64,000 bases of DNA from Phoronis australis (taxonomy: Eukaryota > Animalia > Phoronida): the NCBI GenBank assembly GCA_002633005.1, contig NMRA01000046.1:998596-1062595 (forward strand). The letters are read 5' to 3'. A program made the position numbers and the translations under genes. Every line of letters starts with the position of its first letter. Position 1 is the first letter of the stretch. Below the pieces are notes generated by a model. It saw only the letters and a list, made by a program, of their open reading frames with translations, was not told the origin of the DNA and ran no database searches. Shown one piece after another: positions 51,346 to 64,000 of this stretch.

Positions 51346-51482
51346 TCATATTTCTTCAATAATGACGTGACAGGCGCTATTCCAGCAGGTGTAGCAGTTT
51401 GAAATGCCGTGCCCAGGACACGTGCCAACATTGAAACTCACGGGTATGGTACCAGCCAGTGCCACCTTACACATCCCGTCGA
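51346..51482 (-). CDS. CTHRC1-like last exon (IDGMCKVALAGTIPVSFNVGTCPGHGISNCYTCWNSACHVIIEEI*)
   Basis: Matches the CTHRC1 C-terminus G.C....G...V...VG.C......T.WNS....IIEE; ttttgtag acceptor. Confidence 0.85.
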
Positions 51483-51905
51483 CTACAAAATAAAAGGTTT
51501 TCGGTGTTACCCTCTAGTTCTTCTAATCAAACGATACAGATTTTGAACGAGACTTTCACTCAAATTTATTTTATCCCAAAAGCAGTATTACAGGGACCCA
51601 TATTCCAACTGAAGTTTATTGAGCTACTGGCATGAGAGGAGTCCAGTTGGCATTACCCAAATGCCTGTATGGTTTGCGACGGGTTAGGAACAAAAACAAG
51701 TAATATACGTACACACACAAAACAACTACTTACACTGATGTTAATAATACAGAATATATGCTAGGAAGGTGTAATATTGAAAATGTCAGTATTTTACGTC
51801 AAAATTGGTTCTTGAGTGTTGGCGACCCTATAATTCGAAAGGTAGGTCAATGATGCAATATACTTTTTACCTTTTCTAATAAAAATGGATATTCATAGTA
51901 CTTAC

Positions 51906-52110
51906 TGGTAACGTGTTGGTGTAAATTCAATTGTTTGTCTTTGTAAGTAACTGCATCAATTGTTGCTGGGTTTTTACATTCTTCGTTGTTGATTTTGAAA
52001 AACCATCGGCAACACCCAACAACATCGGAAGACTCAGAAACCTGTCTCAAGTTGCCGCTCCACATCACTTTCAAGGTTGAGTTGATCCTCTTCTTGAAAA
52101 ACTTCACCTC
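51906..52110 (-). CDS. CTHRC1-like exon (EVKFFKKRINSTLKVMWSGNLR...CCRWFFKINNEECKNPATIDAVTY...NLHQHVT)
   Basis: F.K....S.L.V..SG.LR...CC.RW.F..N..EC..P..I.A..Y...N.H pattern of the CTHRC1 C-terminal domain. Confidence 0.85.
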
Positions 52111-52229
52111 CTGCAAGTGCCGTTTTGCGGAATAACATATTAAAATGTCAAATTCTTTTGAGCTTTACTAAGCAGTAAAGGGATTTCATTGTGAACAAAA
52201 CTGACCGCGAGTAAGTCATAAAACGTTAC

Positions 52230-52290
52230 CTTGATTTGCCCTTGATCAGTGTCCAGGTTTAGGTGTTTCCAATCATAATGTTCGATGTTT
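52230..52290 (-). CDS. CTHRC1-like exon (NIEHYDWKHLNLDTDQGQIK)
   Basis: N.....W..LN...D.G.I start of the CTHRC1 domain; phase 2/0. Confidence 0.8.
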
Positions 52291-52687
52291 CTAAAAGACA
52301 AAGCATGAATACATGGGGGTGATGCCAACTCCTGAGATCATTGTTAATTACTCGCGCGTGATCAAAATCATAGGAATGTGCCACTTGATAATATCAGCTC
52401 AAGTTGGTTAGTCCGAAATATCAGCTCAAGTTGGTTAGTCCGAAATCTTCCTCTGACCTACAATAGCTTTTCGTAGAAGCAATATCAGTCCTTTCCAATT
52501 ATCACTGCAAAAGTCTGCAATGTTGATATTTCCACATTTTGAATGAACATTAGTCTGAGCATTTTGGTTACTTGTATTCTGGAAATTCATTGACCGCAAA
52601 TAAAGACACGAATACGGCTAGAAAGAACAGTTCTTGGACGTTGCACAAATCGCGTACGCGATACGAACAGGTGTGTTGAAAACCTAC

Positions 52688-52707
52688 CTGGCGTGAGACT
52701 CCACCTT
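52688..52707 (-). CDS. CTHRC1-like 20-nt micro-exon (KVESHAR)
   Basis: attttcag acceptor, gtaggt donor; phase 0/2 bridges its neighbours exactly. Confidence 0.65.
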
Positions 52708-52926
52708 CTGAAAATAATGACAAGATATAAATTAGTAGAGGTCCGAAATAGTTATTTTTTAGATTAATTATTAACAAATTTTGGATACAACATAAGCTAA
52801 TTTAAGAAGCATTGAGGAATTTTAATATACTTATTTTAATTTTAATATACTCAATTATCCATCGTGATTGGTCGTGTAATTCAACTGAAAACATCTTTTG
52901 TTTGCTCACGAAAAATTGTAACTTAC

Positions 52927-52958
52927 TTGTAAGCGTGCTTCAATTTCCTCAAGTTTAT
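52927..52958 (-). CDS. CTHRC1-like 32-nt micro-exon (DKLEEIEARLQ)
   Basis: ttcttacag acceptor, gtaagt donor; phase 1/0. Confidence 0.7.
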
Positions 52959-53480
52959 CTGTAAGAAATAATTCTTGCTATTTAATTAGAGATTTTGAAA
53001 CTTTGCGTGCTTCGATGTTCAGCCATATGCACTCACGAAACAACTGCTATTGGTAACATTTATTTTTTCTTGCGAAATTGCAACACAGTCAATTACTTAA
53101 CTAAAAAAAATTGTCAAATAAATCATAAATAATGGAACTTGGTGCGAGAAAATGGAAGTGGGATGACGCTTCTGTCTGATTAATTAATCAATTGCTAAGA
53201 CCGCATGTAGCATCGATGAGGAAATCAAAATGCAAGTAAATATGAGAATTGAGAATTTGTTTGGCTTGGTACCGACACACTAGGCGATGCAGATTCACCG
53301 ATCTTGCTCGCGCCTCATAAAGCGTATTAAGAAAAGCGGACCTACATTTCATTCAGAAACCTTCGTTGTTTTTTTAATTGATAAGGAAATTTCACCACAT
53401 TTTATTGAAATCAAGCCTTACGTTTACGCATTGATGGAAAACCGTTTCTATTCTGATAGACTTTAGTAACCACAACTTAC

Positions 53481-53557
53481 CGTAGAGACACGTATCACGT
53501 TTTTCTGCATATACGGTAATAAAGGACGCCAAGAACCACACTACGAGAATTGGACAC
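53481..53557 (-). CDS. CTHRC1-like signal-peptide exon (CPILVVWFLASFITVYA-EKRDTCLY); start codon in an unidentified upstream exon
   Basis: Hydrophobic core ending V-Y-A; G|GTAAGT donor in phase 1. Confidence 0.65.
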
Positions 53558-56500
53558 CTAATCTTAAAGCAAAGTCTAATCTATTGTTTAGAAAACTCTT
53601 TACTTATACTGGACGCGATACAGGTTGTTGCTATTAGTTCAGTCGCTACAATTAATTTTCCAGGAACTAGAATTTGTTTATAATTTGTTCTGCAAACATT
53701 TCCTTCTGACACGCGGCAGGCCTGGTGGGTACGCGTCAACTTGTTACAACATCAATGGGTTCAAGAAAACTAGGCCTTATTTACCAAAACTATAATTTCA
53801 AGGCTGAGTTACACCACAAGATTTTACAGTATCTTTGGTTGCACTGTCTCGTATTCGGGGTAAGTCCGCTCACAATGACCATTCAGTTGTAGGGGTTATT
53901 TTTTGGGTTTCCCCATAAATTTTACTTTTGAACTTGAAAGAGCAATGGTAGTTAGGAAAAAATACTAAACTGGTGTGCTGTATGAAATTTCAAGCGGAAA
54001 GAATATCTATCTTAGTAAATAACAGTAAAAGGCAGGCAAACTCATGTCTAGTTTTAATTTACAAAATGTCCCTATTGTAATGATATCTTTCAAGAAATCA
54101 GACTCGTTCTGGAAAGAGTATCATCAAATACCATTACTGATGAATAACTTTAGTACAAGTCACATCATAACAAAACAAGAATGGATGCAATTAAACTCCT
54201 CGTAGGTCTTATTTGTCAATGAACTTTAATCCGTGGTTTTAGAAACTCAAATGTTCAGTTTTGATTTAAAGTGCTGGAAAAATGATCGATAGTAGGAAAA
54301 CTCATTTATGTTGGGGGCTGTCATTTACAAGATGTTCTTGCTATCTTTATGAGATAAATTATGTGTTTCAACTGTCGAAAACAAAGTAAAGAATGTTTTT
54401 TTAAAAATGAAGTTTAACTGCCTAGCAATCAATTATCGTTGAAATTTTGTTGGTACATCACCAAAAATTCAAAAACAAAATTTTTACATCGTTTTTTTTA
54501 ATTTCAAGAAAACATGATTTCAAAAGAAAGCAATTTTTGACCAAAAAGCTTCGCGTTAAAATTTGTGACTATTTTTTATCTAACAACAAAGCGGAATGAG
54601 TATCTTTAAAAGTTGCTAAACCATTTCGAATGACGTCACATTGTTCCTCATTTGCACACGTGCGCTGTGTAAATGCTGTTGAATTACGACCCTTGTCCAA
54701 ACATAACCTAAACATGTGATCGACAAAAATACCTCATTCGAGCGACAGTCTGGTTTACGTTAGAGAGGAATTTAGTTATCTGCATTTTCCATCCTAATTT
54801 CTCCCTCTCAACGCGTTCATTTTATTTTTGGAAAGTAAACGAAAAACAAAGTAAATGAGAATCCCAAAAATAAATCCGGTTTAGTAGTGGAAAATAAACA
54901 AGTTCAAACGCTAGTGTTTTTGTTGCTAATTTGAGTATGGACGGAGGTCATCAAAAGTTGTAGCTAGAGCAACCTCACCAAAATGAGTTCTCACCCCGCT
55001 TTCAGAAGGTTTTTAAAGAAACAGTTTAAAATAGTAAAACTGAGTGGTAATAAATTTAAAATATTACTTAGCACATAATGCAAAACTGCTTTCTGTAAAC
55101 TCAAAAACCTCCCGAAGACGCTTTGGGAGATATCGCCATGCATTGCATGCGAAGCAATAATATTGTTATGAACTACACACCGCAAAAATAATTAGAATAC
55201 ATTAGAACATTTTTTTTTCAATGAGCTCAGAGAGATCAATTTCGATCACATTTTCAGTCAAAATCAACCCTCAAACACGGACACTAAATACTCAAAACCG
55301 TCCAATATCATCATTAAGTTGCATCAAAACATTTTCCCTTCGAAAGCATACGGTTCAACAAATACAAGCACAAAATAAACCCATGGATAACACAGGGTCT
55401 TTTTATTTCAATAGAAAATAAAGATAAACTGTACACAAAATTAAAATTACATGCACAGCTAGCCCACTACTTTGATGAACGAAAGAGGAACTTTAGTACC
55501 TACAAGAAAACTTTTTTGAAATTACTTATTCAAACAGCAAAGAATCTTTATTTTCACAAAGAATTAAACAAAAGAAAACGTGATTCCAGCAAAACAAGGA
55601 ATGTGAACAAGAGTAATTTCAATACAAACAACTTTACAAATCTACCAAAGCACCAGAATACATAAACAAAAAACAAAACAAAACAGAAAAGATAACTGAT
55701 AAAACGTCAATAGCTCACGCGTATTAAAAAGACCAGAAAAGAAACCAATGCAGCACGGTTTGTAATTAAGTCATCAATTAATGCATTTCAGGAACGACTA
55801 TCAGCTCATGAACTTATACTCAAACAAATTCCACATTTAAGGTTCAGTGTGATCAAGGACTCTCAAACCGTTTTTAGTCCATGCAATGAGTTCTAACTAA
55901 CTCATAGGGTCATGGTATAAGTAGACCTACAGTGTGTCATTAGTAAGTCATAGTCCAAATTTTATTGACAGCAAAGACCAATTATTTTCTTATCGACACA
56001 CGGCCTTACCTAATCGTGAAACTACAAAAATATGTATAGAATATATTGAATAAAACCAACAAACTGGTCCCAAAATTGTCGTTGGCATCGAAAGAAATTA
56101 AAAAATTAACAATTGGTAGGGTTGTACATACAGTTTGGAGGATTTGGCGGCTAAACTTGTGATTATCGATGGGTTTTTTATATTACTTTTTATTTGCCAA
56201 TGTGGAGGATGACATGAATGGGAATGCCATACATGCGAATATTTAGGAGCGTGCGCATATATGTGATGTGCTTAGTTTTTGAAATATTATGTGAGTAGAA
56301 CTTGACTCGTCCGTTAGAAAATGATAGACATTGGGGGTGTATTCAACTAAGCACTGTAAATTTCGTATTTGGGACTTACTAAAGTATTCAGAACAGACAA
56401 AAATTTATGCAAGGGAAAGCCACCTGCGGGAGCTGACCTGCGCCTACAAGAGAATATTTGTAAAACTTTTCTTTTTGCCGACCATACAAGCGTACACCGT

Positions 56501-57671
56501 TGAAATTTTTCCATTACGGTTTGGAGAGATTTTGAAACATATTTTTTCTAAGTATTTTGTGTGATTGATTTGCATTTTACATGCTGATGGCGAAAGAAAT
56601 GTTCGTTCAACTGTCGTTCACATACAAAACAATGCAGTACAAAATAGACCAATCCAATGAAAGATAGGAAAAATGACGCTAAAATCTAAGACAGAACTTC
56701 CTATAAACGGTAATGCATCCAGAACAGATGAATGAGTGAGCGAAAGTAAATGTCGGAATGGTTGTCCGCAACCAATGAGCTACAATTACGGAACTTAATA
56801 AACGATTTGTCACATTGATGGCAACGATCAGGCTTCGCATATTGAATGTTCCCACTTCAAATGGATGGCGCACGAGCACTATCAATTGCCCCTGGCTTCG
56901 CTTGGGCATAGAACTGTAAAACTGCCCAGGGTTCTATGGCTTGCGTAAACATGATCGAAATATCCAAATGCGGGATATTGTGCAGACGCAGGAAGTCATG
57001 ACAGAGAACATATGCGCAGTGCATCGCCAAAAGCATTCACTTCCGGGTCATGTTTGGAATACGAGCAAGTGTCACAGGGCGATGCCCATTTTGATTCTTT
57101 TTCATCTTGTTTTAAAATTGTCTGTAACTGTCCAGTTTATTACAAGGAGCAATGGCATCTGATACGAAGCACATGTTTATGAAATATGATGATGCTGACG
57201 AAGACATCTCTCGTAAGTGGGCAACAGTTTATTTATAGTGTGATTGACTGTCGAATCAAATGGCATCTGACAGGTCATGTTTGAACGACACGAAAGTGCT
57301 GGATAAATGTATGATTCCTAATACCTTCGCATTATTACATGTTCATTTCGCAGAACAAGTGTACTGTAACCTTTTTGCCTCGAAGAACCCTCGTTACCGT
57401 ATCTGTTAATAAGTTGATCACTTCAATTAATCTTAGTCTCGGTTGGCTCTATGGATAGCCTGGCAACGCTGGCCTTGGCCTTACTGCCTTAAGTCTTTAG
57501 TCTGTCAGCGCCATAGTAGGGCGATGTTACTCCCCATCATGGCTGTCATGCTATGTATGCACTTAAACCTGGCACTGGTATGATGTACTCGTTGTTTCCC
57601 TGATTTAGAGATTTAGGTGTTGTAGACGGTCTTCTGATGATCACCTTTCGCGCATCAGTTATTCAGTTGCT

Positions 57672-58610
57672 AGCGGGGCAATTACAGCCGAATGGTTAGC
57701 ATACTTGACGGTTTTATCATTGCCACTGGTTTGATTTCCAGATCAGGTGATATTGGCATTTGTTACAATTGGCGTAGACGGCAAATGGACGTTCTACCGA
57801 AGCACTGCGAACTGAATGGTTGAACAGCTGAATGGTTATTTACCATGTTTGCCGATTTTATGACTGTTGCTTGTTCGATTCCCGTGTCGGGTGATTTTGG
57901 CGATTACTACACAGGCCATCACTGAGTAGCGGACCATCAGTCAATGGATGAAACCACCTTATCTCAGGGCTTGGAATTTTCCGCGGAAACGCGGATTTCC
58001 GCTTTTTTCAAATGTGCTTTCTGCTTTTTTTATAATATTTCCGCATAAAAAAAATCGGATTTGATATAAAATTTCTGCGGCAAATTCCTGTCATACCGCG
58101 GCGTTGCAGACGACGTTCACCTCGAAAAGCGGAAGTTGCTCTTTATGTTTCGGAGGAACGTAAATTGTCAACATTGCCGGGGCATCTGGGATAGCGTGGT
58201 GGGATTTTCAATGGCGTCTCGTGTTATTGTTAAGCGCGGCGACAAATACTACCGCTCTGCAGCCAAAAATGTGTAGGTTGGGAGTAGACGGGCGAGCTAA
58301 AAGGACACAGACGCATGCTACTGATGGTGGTAACGTTTTTTTTTTTTTCTTTAGTCCTCCCGATTTTTGTTGGGGAAAGGTTCACATTGACCAGTTCAAG
58401 GCTGGTTATCGGGCAATGATTTGGGCCGTAAAAGTTTCAAAGTTTCCGCGTCTTTTGTCATTGGTCATTCCAAGCCCTGTTATCTAAATCAGGGACCACT
58501 AGATGTCACCAGTGTCCTGTTTCTGTAAATTAGGGACTATCCGACCAGTGCCCAGAGACGGATGTACCGGGATTTTGTGAAGAATTTCAACTCCATTCTG
58601 ATTGTCATTC
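57672..58610 (+). mobile_element. tRNA-derived SINE-like sequence (two heads) interrupted by the hAT-like MITE
   Basis: A-box-like AGCCGAATGGTTAG / AGCTGAATGGTTA and B-box-like GGTTTGATTTCC / GTTCGATTCCC. Confidence 0.4.
57965..58479. mobile_element. hAT-like MITE, copy 2 (6-bp TSD TTATCT)
   Basis: Same TIRs and internal sequence as 8550-9061; TTATCT at 57959-57964 and 58480-58485. Confidence 0.9.
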
Positions 58611-60195
58611 ACTTTTTCACTGCGCTTGAGGACTAAGTTTGGGTGACATCATCATGCGAGTTAAGGTGGGGAAATCATCACAACTGGGAAAGTCCCTTTT
58701 TGTTAAAATACTTTGTACTGGAGGAACTTGTAGGATTTGTGCCCTTTGAACTTTTTGTTCATGAACTGGTATGATTTCATCTAACTTCATCAAAATTGCA
58801 TCCTTTGAGGAAAGCTCAAATAAAGTTGGAGAGAATTTCATAGATTTGTTTTCTTGACTAAATTGTCTTCAGAGTCTTGGTATGATTAGACATATGTTTT
58901 TTGTTAGTTATTTTTTTAACCAATGAGTAGATTGCAATGGGTTATGTCAGAGGCAGTTTAACTGCCTAGGTTAGCTCCCATGTGATCACTGTTGAAAACT
59001 TAAGTAATCCTGTATTTTAGCATCTAAATTATCGTGTGATGAGAACCAGTTACATCCTCTGAATAATGCCTGTTATTCTGTAGTTGTAACTGGTTCTCTG
59101 TGCCTTCCTCAGGTAAAGTACAGGATTGCTGAAAAATAAATGTCAGAAGCAGCTTGAACTTCTTTGTAATCATGTTCATCCAGTAACGAATAATGCATCT
59201 CATAGGTGCATACCAGAAAGCTTCATTGCCATAACACTCATTCTAGTCACAATTGGTATTTCAACACATTGTTGTAATGGGTCGTTACAGTAAAATTATC
59301 TTCATAACTGAAGCTGTCAGACAGTCTCCCTCAATTTGCGAAGCAAAAGTTGACAGTTTCTTTTTAATCATATGGTCCTTGATGATGAAAAAGAGATTTT
59401 CTATTTGTTATACTTTTTTATTCTTTTATTTTATTCTTTGTTATTGTTTACTTTGTGGTGTTTATTTAACATGTTTATTCTTATTTCCCTGCATTAAAAA
59501 GCGTAGTGTATTTAAGTTGTCATTCATTTTTGTGTCATCCTCTGTCAATTTCAGGCTCCACTCTTTTATTTACCTTTGTATATATATTTTACTAAAATGT
59601 CTATTTTTATGTGAGATTTTCCAAGTAAGTGTTGCTATCTGTAGCTACCTGTTTTGCATATTGTAGCACATGCCAAGTCAAATAAATCCATGACCTGGAA
59701 TCAATCCTGGTCTTCTCGGGTGCTATGAATTGGCAACATCCGGGCTCTCATGTGAGCAATGATTACCCCATGAATAATACAGCCATCTACAACCATCTAC
59801 AGACTTCTTTATAGAACTTTTCCCTGCCATGATTGATGAAATCAGTACACTGACTTCTAATTTTAGTAATTGTCAATGGGTCAAAGTAATTCCCCAACCA
59901 GGAATCGAAGCTGGCCATTGCATTGTTGGTGTCATTCGTACAACTGTGGTTGGAACCCTTCTGGTTATGTCTTGGTCTGTAAATGATGTCTGCTTATTCA
60001 ACTAAATAAACTTCAATTCATTGTATAGTTTATCTGGGCTGGGTTGCATACAACTTCAAAATTATCTGCTTGAAAAGTTTGATTGTTTCATGACATCAGG
60101 TGTATTGTTCAACAATAATAACGTGATGCTTGATAATGCGACGTCATTGTTTCTATACAGCGTATGTAACTGGTCCCTGGTGTGGTGGTAGCGAA

Positions 60196-61300
60196 ATGGC
60201 TGCTATCCGAGCTCTGATACAGTGGGCTCTCACTAAAAACGAGACTGCAACCTCATTTGAAGGTTGGAGGCATAATTTGTTGTACGTCCTCTCATTAGCT
60301 AACAATTTATGCCATTTCTTGTCGACGGGTTGGTGGCTAATGAAAGCCACTGCTGCTCCACTATATGGTGTGACCAACAATGACCTAGACACCCTAGAAT
60401 AACAGTGGCATTCTGCCAGCACAAAATTGACTCATTTAGAACTCATGCTGGGACAAATTGCAAACTTGCCCAGTTATATTCTGCAATTCTATTGTGAAGT
60501 CATCCACTTCCATTCAGGACATTTCGCAGAAAATCCGACAACATTTTGGGTTTGCATCCACAGGAACACACTTCTTAGATTTGGGACTTATATCTTTGAA
60601 TACCAATGAATGTCCTGAAGACCTATTCCTGTGTCTGATTTCATTTTTTGAGGACACATTACTTACCGTTGGGTTTGGTGAAGCTGTCTACATCGACGAA
60701 GACATGACTCTTTGTTTTTATGGTTACAGTTGGTCAACCCAAGTGTACCTCAACTTGTTAAGCAACAAGTCCATTCTGAATTCAAAGGGAAATTTTTCAG
60801 GCTATGGACTCACTACTTCCAAGTAGGTGCATCGAAAACACTCGTACCATGCGTATAACCAGCTCTCAGACAGACCCCCCTCGCGGCCATAGAATCCCAT
60901 CGTGAGTCTTCTGCACTACTGCCCGCCGCACTCTCTCAGACCTCTTCTTATCTTGGTGCCCGCTTCTCCCGTCTGAGGACAAATACTTCTTTCTCAAAGC
61001 ATGGCTTACTGACGTTGCTAACGCCACTGAGGAAGGCTCCCCACATGACACTACGTCTTATGACCACTACTGTCCTGACCCCGCTGTCGCGCTTTGTATC
61101 CGCACAGGTATCCTTATCTCGTCAAGTTTGTTGTCAAACCCCACTACGTTTGACATCTGATTGTGATACGACAGGAAACATGATTAGCGCATCTTTCAAG
61201 TTCATTGGGCGCGAAAGCTCGTACAAATTACCAAACCGCCTTCCAAGCCTATGGTACATCTACCCTACAAGTTGTGGGCAAAACACGCCATTGTGTTGTT
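60196..61300 (+). mobile_element. Decayed LTR-retrotransposon gag-protease remnant (Gypsy-like)
   Basis: Frameshifted peptides QWALTKNETATSFEGWRHNLLYVLSL, THLELMLGQIAN, CPVI..NSIVKSSTSI..I.QKIRQHFGF.STG.HFLD, a zinc-knuckle-like Cys segment and PLRLTSDCDTTGNMISAS (degenerate aspartic-protease motif). Confidence 0.65.
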
Positions 61301-62167
61301 AGAAGTCATTCGTACAACTGCGTTTGGTTGGAACGCTTCCAGTTCTGTCTTGGTCTTTGTTACTTTGCCAATTGTCTGAGAAATTTTTACCCCTACCGAG
61401 CCCTCGATTTTGAGGCTGAATGTCGTTAGCATTTCTCGAATATCACAGAAAATTCCCTTCATCAGACCCAAAAATTCCTCTTCAACGATTAAAAAATTTT
61501 CCTCAGTGTTACTTAATAACGTCAGTTTTGGCTTCTTGAGACCTTTCAAAGGAGGGGTGGCGTCCATGGGTAACGAGAGGAGTCGGGAGGACTGGTTCAA
61601 TATTCATCTCAGTAGGTGCAGGCACCTTTCCCCTCAGGTGATCTACTGTCCTATCCTATGAACATTGTTACAAACCATAGGCCACTTTTTACAAACTACC
61701 CCAATATACCAGTATTATAATGTAGACATCGTGCTGCAGGACCATATTGATAAGTGTGTCAGTATATACACATTATTGTGTATCCCCGTTTTTGTTACTT
61801 CTTGTCTTGGTTATTGTTGTTGTTGTTGTTGTTGTTATTGTAAGACTAGCTGTCCTTGTTTATATTCCACCTCCCAATACAGCTACACTACAGCTAGTCT
61901 CAACCAATTCACGTTTCTGCTGTTTGATGTTATGTAGCACTTTATAGACAACTAAATATTTAGCTAAATATCTATAAAACTATAAATTTTATCTTCGTAA
62001 AAGCATGTTTGTCTGAAAGCCCATACATTTTTTTACATTTTACCACTCTGTTAGGTCCCGTGATCACGTCTTTCATGAAAAATTTAGAAAAATGAGAATG
62101 GTACTTTGATAGCAAAACAACACTGGTATCAAAACATGATCAAATTTTGTTTGATTTAAATGTTTAA

Positions 62168-63310
62168 GGACATCTCAAACCTTATTCACAAAAATTATCC
62201 GTTGTTACAGTACACATATGTCTAACAAAATACCTTTTCTTCATTCTCGTGGAACTTCATATTCGAAATAATTAATGTTTTGCAAGAAAAAAAGATTTAG
62301 CAGAACCATCTTGGATCTGCTCAAACCCGTGTGAAATGTTTAACTCAAATCAAATCAGCTCCGTATGTACTCTCAGTCCTGTCATTCACTAAGTTGCCAT
62401 AATATTTGGTCAACGAGGTGTGCAAAACGTATTTGTGATCCTGAAGGAGTTGTGCATCTGCATGCATACGACTTGAGAACGAATGCTTGCCATGAACACA
62501 GTGAGTTGTGAAAAAAGATAAATCCTCACCCAACCTCATGAATTTGATAAGTAATTTGACATTTTGCTGTTTCGATCTCATGCTCACAACGCACTCTAAC
62601 CCGATTTCTGTTGTCCATTTCGTACTTGGTTTCATTTTAGTCTCCCGGCACATGGTATGTATAACAGTGAAATGTTGACCTACTTTTATTTAGGCCAACA
62701 GTTAATCCTGCCTGTCACACTAGAGGCGTCACAAAAGTAAACATTTAGCAATTGTTAAGTATATTTCTCGTATTGCAAATTCAGTTGGCATTGCCAGTGA
62801 ATGTTGAAAGAGCGAATATGGTTAAGGCATGTATAGGTTATAGAGACTGAAAACAAGTTTTCACTGAATTATTAACCAAGGACCTCGAGACTTTCATGTC
62901 TCAAAACTTAATCGGCTTTTATTTTATTTCGGCAAATCAACTTAATTTGAATGTAGGAACTTGTATTCTCAAAAATGGCTGAGTGGATTTTTTTGAATCT
63001 CTCCAAACTTGATATTTAAATCTTGAATCTAAAAAATATACTTTTACCATTTTCGATATAAATGCCTAGTTTTTGTGTAATATAACAAATACGAATACGA
63101 CTGCTATTTTTTGCATACCCGGTAAATGCAATTGCATTTTGTGAGTTCATTTGTCATAGAAACCAAATTGAAAGACCAATAATTCCTAACAGTGTTTTTG
63201 AGGTAACTGGTGAAGTTTTCATTTAAAATCAACTGGGGGATATTTTGGTATGAATGTACCTTTCTCAAAAATTTAATTTTGTGTTTAAAACTAGCATTAA
63301 AATATTACAT
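62168..63310. mobile_element. Diverged, truncated copy of the Kolobok-like element, in opposite orientation to 15981-17339
   Basis: TTAA + GGACATCTCAAACCTTATTCACAAAAATTA...CAAAATACCTT.TCTTCATTCTC.TGGAACTTCA matches the reverse complement of 17240-17339; further collinear matches follow. Confidence 0.75.
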
Positions 63311-63589
63311 TAATAATTGCACATAAATACAAACTATCTATTACATGGAATGCATAGTTCACGCGATCTCGCTCTATGCTGCTCGATCTACAGACCTTAG
63401 TTGTGCCTCTATTTAGATTTGAGATGTTCTATTTTTCTTTCGCGGATGCGGAGGGAGGGTGCCTAGTTTAGTATTGGCCTTGGTGATGTCTTAACAGCCT
63501 GGGTCATGTTAGTCCGTCACCTTACTGTTTCTCCCTCCCGCTTCCACCTTGTATATACTTCTTCAGGCCTATCGTCGCCAAAATTAATG

Positions 63590-63940
63590 ATGTCATTAAA
63601 AACTAAACTCTTCCTTGAGTAAACTAAATCATTTACCGAAAAATTTATGTTCGACTGTTATTTTACTACTAAATTTGTTGTGCGCTCTTGTGAGTCGGCT
63701 TCTGCACCATGAAATATTGTGTCACCTATTGGCCAATTTTTCTGATTCTTCAACCAGCTGTTTTTCTCTTCCACGGGGTTGTATGCATGTCATAACAATT
63801 GGAACTGGTTTCATTTCGTTACAAGTTTTTAGTATTTCAATGCCAGCAAACCTAATTTGCTGCGAAGCTGTCACCCATGTTGAGAGATATCTCAAAATTT
63901 CAGTTGGAAATAGCGCATCTTTGCCTCATGAGCTTATTGT
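63590..63940 (+). repeat. Fragment homologous to the interior (about 36400-36940) of the Transib-like element
   Basis: Shared CTCTTCCTTGAGTAAACTAAAT and GGAACTGGTTTCATTTCGT...AAGTTTTTAGTATTT blocks. Confidence 0.7.
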
Positions 63941-64000
63941 TTTCAAAGTGATGAAATTCTTTTCTTTGTTACAAAAGGTGCTGAATTTCGCAAAAATGAC

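Noticed and set aside
56010-56021. Candidate upstream micro-exon for the CTHRC1-like gene
   Set aside because: Splice signals are plausible, but there is no ATG or independent support; the start exon is left unassigned.
57672-57900. Possible tRNA genes
   Set aside because: Only degenerate A/B boxes and no cloverleaf; treated as SINE heads.
59253-59666. 137-aa hydrophobic ORF
   Set aside because: It arises from T-rich low-complexity sequence, probably a retroelement 3' UTR, not a real membrane protein.
61265-61600. 111-aa minus-strand ORF with coiled-coil-like composition
   Set aside because: Possibly a LINE ORF1 remnant, but there is no diagnostic motif, so I did not call it.

Overview
AT-rich, intron-containing eukaryotic (invertebrate metazoan-like) genomic DNA; no prokaryotic features. 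I reconstructed three genes by hand from splice sites and reading phase. (1) The 3' part of UBR5/EDD/hyperplastic discs (HECT E3 ligase with MLLE domain), + strand, 13 coding exons, 568-11905. (2) A complete transmembrane channel-like gene (TMC7-like), - strand, 16 exons, 43805->13873, convergent with UBR5, with a candidate extra exon at 32813-33061/33075. (3) A small secreted CTHRC1-like gene, - strand, 53557->51346. It has no collagen Gly-X-Y repeat; instead two micro-exons encode a short coiled coil with an R-h-x-x-h-E trimerisation motif. Introns and intergenic DNA carry many non-autonomous transposons (Harbinger-, Kolobok-, Transib-like, hAT-like with 5- and 6-bp TSDs, and a Helentron/HINE-like element with a co-oriented array of CTCF-like motifs). 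There are also Penelope, L1/Tx1 and LTR-retrotransposon remnants, SINE-like pieces and minisatellites. Three single-N joins flank duplicated sequence, probably uncollapsed haplotypes; one shows the last CTHRC1-like exon interrupted by THAP-domain-coding sequence. Three short tandem duplications span splice sites; one could give a catalytically dead UBR5 isoform. All family assignments are from motif recognition, not database searches.
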